From the NCBI RefSeq assembly GCF_006345805.1, contig NW_021825491.1, forward strand, positions 1 through 15,336: a stretch of 15,336 bases of DNA, in the 5' to 3' direction. A program made the position numbers and the translations under genes. Under the pieces are notes generated by a model. That model was not told the DNA's origin. It saw only the letters and a list, made by a program, of their open reading frames with translations, and made no database searches. Every line of letters starts with the position of its first letter. Positions within the stretch are counted from its first letter, which is position 1. Origin of the DNA: Octopus sinensis. Lineage: Eukaryota. Below are positions 8,359 to 15,336 of the stretch, one piece after another.

Positions 8359-8411
8359 ATAAGCAAGGCGTATTATGAAAAACCTTCCAGTGTTAATGCT
8401 GGGTTAGAAAT
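8359..8411 (+). CDS. Candidate 53-nt internal exon of an unidentified host gene (ISKAYYEKPSSVNAGLE..)
   Basis: Acceptor GTTCTTCAG, consensus donor GTAAGT (8412-8417), exactly one stop-free frame, and located in non-repetitive sequence. Weak polypyrimidine tract; protein not recognised. Confidence 0.4.
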
Positions 8412-8754
8412 GTAAGTGTTCTCACTGATGACATGTAAATAACGATAAGAGTGCAACGTTCCCCTTAGGTAAACATGAAATCATACAATGTAAAGATATA
8501 TACTATATATATGTATATATGTGTGTATGTGCGCGTGTGTGTAAATACTGAATTATAGACAGGAGAAATAGCAAATGGACAATAGGAAATTATAAGAAAA
8601 TATTCAGTTTTGACTGATTAACTGAGTTCAGGAAGTAAATTAACATGTAAGGTCAATGGAGAAAAATAAATAAAAGCAATGATCAGTATTGTGGTGTATA
8701 GAGTTTGTAGAAGGTGTGAGGTTGTGAAATGAAGAGTATGTACGTCTTATATCT

Positions 8755-8804
8755 CCATCCATCCATCCATCCATCCATCCATCCATCCATCTATCCATCC
8801 ATCT
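8755..8804. repeat. (ATCC)n microsatellite
   Basis: Directly visible. Confidence 0.95.
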
Positions 8805-9120
8805 ATACCACCAGCTTCTATATCCAGACTATGAATTCACATCCATACCAATAATAATTGGAACACTAGGTTTTGTTAGTAAATGCTTCAAGGAGAATCT
8901 GGATAAACTGGGATTTTCAGAAAGAGAAATCGATCCGCTAATTCGTACACTACAAGTGCAATCAATGAGTGGAACAGCAAAAATATGCAAGATTTTTCTC
9001 AAGTTCCAAATGGGAATTTGTTTCTTTTAATTACACCACAAAGATGGAGCCTTGTATCTTTGTTGGAAACCGGCTCCCTCCTCAGTGGAAGATTTATGAT
9101 AATTAAAAAACAGAAAAGAC
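8805..9120 (+). mobile_element. 5'-truncated non-LTR retrotransposon 3' end, RLE type (R4/Dong-like)
   Basis: Frame 8803-9030 reads [70 protein letters not shown], resembling the C-terminal xPIIIGxLG...LQ...GTxKI region of restriction-like-endonuclease LINEs. A ~90-nt 3' UTR follows with a GGAGCC/GGCTCC stem. Confidence 0.7.
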
Positions 9121-9132
9121 ACACACACATAC

Positions 9133-9163
<31 letters not shown>

Positions 9164-9360
9164 CATACATACATACATACATACATACAAACATAAAGAC
9201 AAACAGACATACATATATACACACACATACATATGTATAATATATAATGTATATATAATATATAGTATATACGTATGTACATATATATGTCTGTATATGT
9301 GTGTTTGTGTATGTGTGTGTGTGGTGTGTATGAGTCTGTGTGCATGTATGCGCGCGCGTG
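9121..9360. repeat. (CATA)n, (TA)n and (TG)n microsatellites
   Basis: Directly visible. Confidence 0.95.
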
Positions 9361-9473
9361 TTTACATCATAAGAATTTAGAAATTTCGTGTGAGGTGAAA
9401 TAATTTATTTTTTAACTGTTGAACTCGAAGTAGATGGAGCCATAAATAAATGTCAGTAAACTAAATCCCTCAT

Positions 9474-9679
9474 CAACATTTAAGTTTAATTTGTCAAAAT
9501 ATTTTCGTTGCTTTAAGAGCGCAACCTGTTCACTGACAAATTAAACTTAAATGTTGAAGTGAATCGAACGGCTTTTGTGTGTTTCTTAAATGGCTTACAA
9601 ACACCTTCCACGCTGCAATTGGTTTCGTTTCAGCACACGATCTCAGATCAAATCACTTGCTATGCAAATACATCTCCGT
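9474..9679. mobile_element. Short retroposed repeat with inverted duplication, copy 2 (same family as 2050-2313)
   Basis: Antisense segment 9474-9540 joined to a sense segment ending CATCTCCGT. Flanked by AAATCCCTCAT (9463-9473) and AAACCCCTCAT (9680-9690), 11 bp with 1 mismatch. Confidence 0.75.
9490..9540 (-). ncRNA. Variant minimal hammerhead ribozyme fold (G3:C8 core), copy 2
   Basis: Minus strand reads TTTGTCA|GTGAACA|G|GTTGC|GCTCTTAAA|GCAAC|GAA|AATATT|T|TGACAAA: perfect 7-bp stem I, and a stem II C-G pair of copy 1 is T-A here. Confidence 0.62.
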
Positions 9680-9695
9680 AAACCCCTCATATTCC

Positions 9696-9696
<1 letters not shown>

Positions 9697-9730
<34 letters not shown>

Positions 9731-9896
9731 TATATATATGTATATACACACATATATATATGCATATATATACAAATACATATATGCATATAAATACAAA
9801 TACATATATACATATACACATTTACACACATATATATATATATATATATACATATTTATAAACACACACATATATATACATATATATGTATACACA

Positions 9897-9974
<78 letters not shown>

Positions 9975-9980
9975 CATATA
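9697..9980. repeat. Compound (TA)n/(CA)n microsatellite
   Basis: Directly visible. Confidence 0.95.
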
Positions 9981-10062
9981 CAGGTCGTAGTCGACTTACG
10001 ACTACAATTGCCTCCGACTGACTGGTCGTAAGTCGATTTGGTCGTAAGTCGGCCTATAGGCC
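9981..10062 (+). mobile_element. Tc1/mariner (Tigger/pogo-like) terminus
   Basis: TA|CAGGTCGTAGTCGACTTACGACTACAATTG resembles remembered CAGGTAGTCCTCGACTTACGAC-type TIRs. The subterminal motif GTCGTAAGTCG occurs twice, inverted to CGACTTACGAC. The partner end was not found. Confidence 0.5.
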
Positions 10063-10939
10063 CACGTAGCTTTGTTTTATATTTTTACATTCTTAAGGTA
10101 CATTCTCAGGTAAAAGTCACTCACAACATTCTGTATTATACTATTATACTGGCGTTAGTAAAAAAAAAAGCAGTCTTCTTATAAACAAATACGAGGTTGC
10201 CTCGATGTCTCAGCGACAGGATAGCCATCCAACACACGATTGATAACCAAGATTAGTGGGAGAGTTTGTTAGCTGACATCATCCGTAGATGGGTTAATTT
10301 GTCAGAAATTAAAACCATTAGATTTCAACTAGACTATTTATTATTTATTATTGCACTTTAGTCTCTTCCATCACTCACCCCTATTAACTATTTCTCTTTT
10401 ATGCTTCGGATTCTAGGGGTCATCAAAAATAGTTTTGGTTAGCTGCATTATGACCCTTCAAACGTTACTCATGTGGTTTATTGCATATCTTCATCGCACT
10501 TCTCCTACCACTCACAACAATACCTTTCTTTACTCATCATCAACATCATTAACGTTGTTTGTGTTCCGAGCGCTTCTTCGGCAGAGGGTATCGCTAGTAA
10601 TTTTATTATTATCTTTTATATTATAGCTATTTCTGTTCTCATTTTTAATATCAATATCGTTATCTTTATTACTACTATTAACAGTAATTGTAGTAGTAGT
10701 ATTGCTATCATTTTCTTCTTATTATTGCGGTCGTTGTTGTTATTGTTTTTACTATCATCCTTCCTCTTCTCTTTGCAATTTTCTTTATTTTATCACTAGA
10801 TATTCATAGTTCTACACTAAACTTGCTATTCACAGGTCCATTGTAATTAGATACAGGAGGTTGTTGGATCACTCGTTAATATTCACATCACCCTTTTTAT
10901 TCTTCCAAACTATTCGTTTTCGCGTTCTCTTTCTTCTTC

Positions 10940-11350
10940 TTCTCCTTCCACCTTTCTTCTACTCCTTCACTCGTTCTTCTTCGTCTTTCTCTTTTTTTCC
11001 TCCTCCTCATCTTCCTCCTCCTCCCTCTCCCTCTCGTCCTCCCCTCTCCTCCTCCTCCTCCCTCTCCCTCTCGTCCTCCCCTCTCCTCCTCCTCCTCCCT
11101 CTCCCTCTCGTCCTCTTCCTCTTCCTCCTCCCTCTCCCTCCTCCTCCTTCTCCTTCTCCTCCTCCCTCTCCTTCTCCTCCTCCCTCTCCTTCTCCTCCTC
11201 CCTCTCCTTCTCCTCCTCCCTCTCCTTCTCCTCCTCTCCTCCTCCCATCCCCTCCACACCCTCGTCGTTGTTGTTGTTGAGAGAAAAATACAATGAGAAA
11301 GAAAGAAAGAAAGAGAGAGAGAGAAAGAGAGAGACAGAGAGAGAGAGAGT
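10940..11350. repeat. (CCT)n/(CTT)n low-complexity tract with 18-mer tandem, followed by (GAAA)n/(GA)n
   Basis: CCTCCTCCCTCTCCTTCT repeated at about 11150-11235; pure pyrimidine strand followed by a purine tract. Confidence 0.95.
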
Positions 11351-11396
11351 GAAAGATGCGGGAATTATATGTATATAATATAATACATATAGTTAT

Positions 11397-11747
11397 ATGA
11401 GTGGCGGTGCAATGACCCAGTAGTCGTAGAAAGGCGGTTTCGATTCCCAGACCGGGCGTTGTGAGTGTTTATTGAGCGAAAACATATAAAGCTCCACGAG
11501 GCTTCGGCAGTGGCGTGGCGAACCCTGCCGTACTCTTTCACCACAACTTTCTCTCACTCTTTCTTCCTGTTTCTGTTGTACCTGTATTTCAAAGGGCCAG
11601 CATTGTCACACTCTGTGTCACGCTGAATCTCCCCGAGAACTACATTGTGGAGTGCTCAGCCACTTGCACGTTAATTTCACGAGCAGGCTGCTCCGTTGAT
11701 TGGATCAACTGGAACCCTCGTCGTCGCAACCGACGGAGTGCCACGAG
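11397..11747 (+). mobile_element. tRNA-derived SINE, family 4, with internal deletions
   Basis: B-box-like GGTTTCGATTCCCAGACC, distinct body, and a 3' tail (from about 11577) homologous to the tail of 6618-6954. Flanked by long direct repeats. Confidence 0.8.
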
Positions 11748-11888
11748 TTATATGTATATATGTATATCTATAATACATATAGTTATTTCTTTGGTTGTTA
11801 GTGTGTGTATGTGTGTGTCTTTAAAGTATAAACACAACACAGACTTCAAAAAAGCTTTTCACTATAATTATAGGTGGTCGTTGATGCT

Positions 11889-11934
<46 letters not shown>

Positions 11935-11950
11935 GAGAGAGGGAGAGAGA

Positions 11951-11992
<42 letters not shown>
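11889..11992. repeat. (GA)n microsatellite
   Basis: Directly visible. Confidence 0.95.
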
Positions 11993-11993
<1 letters not shown>

Positions 11994-12439
11994 CGTGTGA
12001 AAGATAGAATTATAATTTGTTTCAAGAAGGAAAAAGGTTGTTTTTGCTGAGAGAGAAATACAGTGAGAGAATGTGTGTATGTGAAAGACAGACAAATCGG
12101 TAGAATTGTCACCATAGTAACTAACGAGTCTTTCACTATTTAACACTTTATTTTTAACTGGCCTTACCGTACGAGGCACATAAATAATTTTAGTAATAAC
12201 ATCCGTTTTATCGTCACGCACGGCCAGCCAGAGCATATAAGGCGAGATACTGTTCAATGAATATACTCATTCTGTAGAATACGTAAAAAAATGTATTTTA
12301 AATAAATGCTATTGTTCAACAGTTTTCAAAATGTTATTAATCTTCACTGAGAAAGTCAATCTAAACATTATTTGAAGAATTTATGAAGGTATGTGCACGA
12401 TTAAGAAATACTTTTACCGGTACCATAGCGACGGATAAC

Positions 12440-12620
12440 GACTCAGTATAGCACAGCAACAATAGTGCTGTTCAAGAATTTGGACCTGGAGATCTCCATT
12501 TCCAGCGACTTCGAGGGCCACCTCCCAGTGGTGTCGGGCGTCAACGAAGAGCCTTCGACTACAACAAGACGACCAAAGTTTTTTTTTCCAAGGTCTGGGG
12601 TCTCCCGCCCCGAAGCCCTA
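12440..12620 (+). mobile_element. Possible degenerate L1/Tx1-type APE endonuclease fragment
   Basis: GC-rich island. TIVLFKNLDLEISISSDFEGHLPVVSGVN loosely resembles remembered Tx1 endonuclease (VxILFRKxLDLxV...DPEGRLxVLDV). 26 of 31 codons from 12465 end in G or C. Confidence 0.35.
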
Positions 12621-13779
12621 GACCATCATTTAATCACCCTTACCCATCTTGTTGCTTAACAACAACAACAACAGTTGGAAGTATCGCTAAAGCTATCATA
12701 GTGTTTTGCAGTATTTAAATGCAGTTCTTTACGGTCTGAGATTAAATCTCCCTTGTGGTTAACTTTGCCTTCCAATTTTCCGAGTGACGGAGAAGCTGAT
12801 AAAATAGAATACATATCAAGCACTGTGGTCATTTTAATATTCCTATGATATATCTTAGAAATGAATGGAATTATGATAGAGGTAAAAAAAGCGAAAAACA
12901 AAAACAACAACAATATCAAAATAAGACAACGACAACGGCTTCAAAGAGTAATCAATATTCATCACTAACTAACTTTACATTCTGCTATAAACCACTTCAG
13001 ATCTGAAACAAATATTTTTGTGTTGTCATTCTGGTGTATATAAATTACATAGCCCGCCGCATTTGATAGCCAAACAGAGCTGTAAATGTTAGTATTATTA
13101 TGGTTGAGTATCATCCACTATCTGCTCTGTTCTTAAAAGCTGTTAGTAGTCGGGTGGTGATTATTTGAATACAAATCTCTATAGAATCACTTAAAAATAT
13201 TTGAACTTACTTTGATGACACAAGTCCAAACAAGTGTTGTTGTCGCGGTTCATTAATTTCTGCTGCTGTCATTTCTGTGTTAATACACAAACACGCTTAC
13301 AGGAACTCTTCCTCTCTCTCTTGCTCTCTCTCTCTCTCTCACACAGCACACGCACTCACACACGCACACACACATACATATACGCATACACACGTGCACA
13401 CACAGAGACATATAAATGCATACACACATAATATTTATGCATGTATATATATACTTAAACACGCAATCATATGTTTATCAACACATATGTAAATACATAC
13501 ACGCATAATATTTATGTATGTGTATTCAAGTCACACTATATGGATTCAAGTAATTTAATAGTACTCATAAAAAAGCTCAGTACGATACAAGTGAAAGCGA
13601 TAAGGAGTGTATGAAATCATAATTGACAGAGAAATAAGTTGAAATTTTATTTAACCATAAGAAAATTCAAATATCGTGACAAATTGTTTCGTAACTTAAG
13701 GACATGAGGACGTAGTTTAAATTCTGTATTATTTTGAAAGCTCTTTTGCATTTTCAGTAATTTATTATTAAATCTCTCT

Positions 13780-14160
<381 letters not shown>

Positions 14161-14164
14161 TTAA

Positions 14165-14291
14165 TCAGATCCATTCACAAGGCTTGGTCGGCTTGGCGCT
14201 ATAGTAGAAGATTCTCACCCGAGGTACCATGCCGTCGGACCGAACTTGGAACTATGCGGTTGAGAGGAAATTTCTTACCACACGGCCACGC
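14165..14291 (-). mobile_element. Diverged, truncated family-1-related SINE head
   Basis: ATCCATTCACAAGGC.TTGGTCGGC...CTATAGTAGAAGA...CTTACCACACGGCCAC aligns to the head of 4992-5404. Confidence 0.8.
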
Positions 14292-14769
14292 TTATTTTAT
14301 TATTATTTTTTGTAAATTATTTTTCATGTATCGCTTTTAATCCGCCAAAGTGTTCTGAAACAATACCGTTTGTAGATCCATTAAGGTTTCAGTGACATTA
14401 AGGTCTCATCATCAGAATAATATGATAGTAATAGTAGCGTGTTGTTTGTGCGCTTTACAGTAGGTTGTAAAAGATTATGGAAGTACTGTTAAAACTGATA
14501 AATCGATAACATCATATTGAAAAACTATACAATAGTTAGGTTCTGATAGATTTCCATTATTCTTTTGCATCAGATGACTCTGTACATCCATAGTTATTTT
14601 GAGAAATTCTATATAAAATTGTAATGTTATCTACTAATGTTTCTCCAAGTAATTCTATGTCGTCTTAAATGAGTCATGACGGTTTCTTGCTTTAAATGCA
14701 TTGTCAACAGATGAAGAAGTGTCTTTTATATGTTCCCTTTCTTATGCTGTATATTCCCAGTGTCTTTTT

Positions 14770-15150
14770 TACATCAGAGAAACCCTATTTCTAAGCACCT
14801 GATTATAATATCCAGCTGCATCCATAAAAGCATCTTCATCAGAAGATAATGAGGATATCCGTTTATTAATATTGTTAACCAAGTTCCTAAACATACACGT
14901 GGATGATTCGATTTTCTATGTATATATACTAACATCTTATATGGTTTATGGTATGGTCTGAAACTATCATTGTCTACGAGAACCAGGAAAGAAATCAGAA
15001 GTAGGAGTCTGAAGCAGCCGTTTTTGCATGTGTCGTTCACAAAGGTATTTAAACGAAAGAACATAAGAATAAGCGTTTTCTTCAAACTTCCATTCGTTAT
15101 TTAAAAAGAAAATATATTCAGATAGTGAATATTCAAAAGAAAACCAGGCC
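14770..15150 (-). mobile_element. Penelope-like element reverse-transcriptase/linker remnant
   Basis: Minus strand reads DNDSFRPYHKPYKMLVYIHRKSNHP, then after a frameshift near 14896 MFRNLVNNINKRISSLSSDEDAFMDAAGYYNQVLRN. This matches remembered PLE motifs (YRPYxKP..YIHxxSNHP..INxRISxLS....F..A...YxxAL.xSG). Confidence 0.75.
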
Positions 15151-15284
15151 CGGTTTACCAGCTGATGATCGAAAACGAGGAACTCTGAGTATTGGAAATC
15201 TGAGCCATTCAGTTATAATGTATCAAAACAATACTCTACATGTATTAAGTCCTGTAATTTCATCGCTTCTGATAAATCAACAGA

Positions 15285-15291
15285 TATATAT

Positions 15292-15336
<45 letters not shown>
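15285..15336. repeat. (TA)n microsatellite
   Basis: Directly visible. Confidence 0.95.

Noticed and set aside
10861-11293. Extensin-like (PPPSPS)n or Glu/Arg-rich ORFs
   Set aside because: They arise from a CCT/CTT low-complexity tract open in several frames on both strands, with no splice or homology support.
15162-15174. CTGATGA-TC-GAAA hammerhead-like core
   Set aside because: No room for stem II, and no stem I or III pairing in the flanks; probably chance.

Overview
AT-rich, repeat-saturated eukaryotic DNA, probably intronic or intergenic. The SINE families look like those I recall from octopus (coleoid cephalopod) genomes; this is recognition, not a database result. There is no intact protein-coding gene, and nearly all listed ORFs come from microsatellites or SINEs. 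The window is a nested mosaic of about 8 tRNA-derived SINE copies from at least 4 families, a Chapaev3-like transposase fossil split by SINEs, Tc1, Tigger-like and Helitron ends, 3' fragments of an R4/Dong-like (RLE) LINE, a Penelope-type RT remnant, a possible Tx1/L1 endonuclease remnant, several fold-back palindromes and one candidate 53-nt exon. The best lead is a short repeat present twice (2050-2313, 9474-9679). Each copy is an inverted-duplication insertion with a 10-11 bp target duplication and carries a 51-nt minimal hammerhead-like fold with a swapped G3:C8 core (GUGAACA instead of CUGANGA), a palindromic stem III and a compensatory change in stem II.
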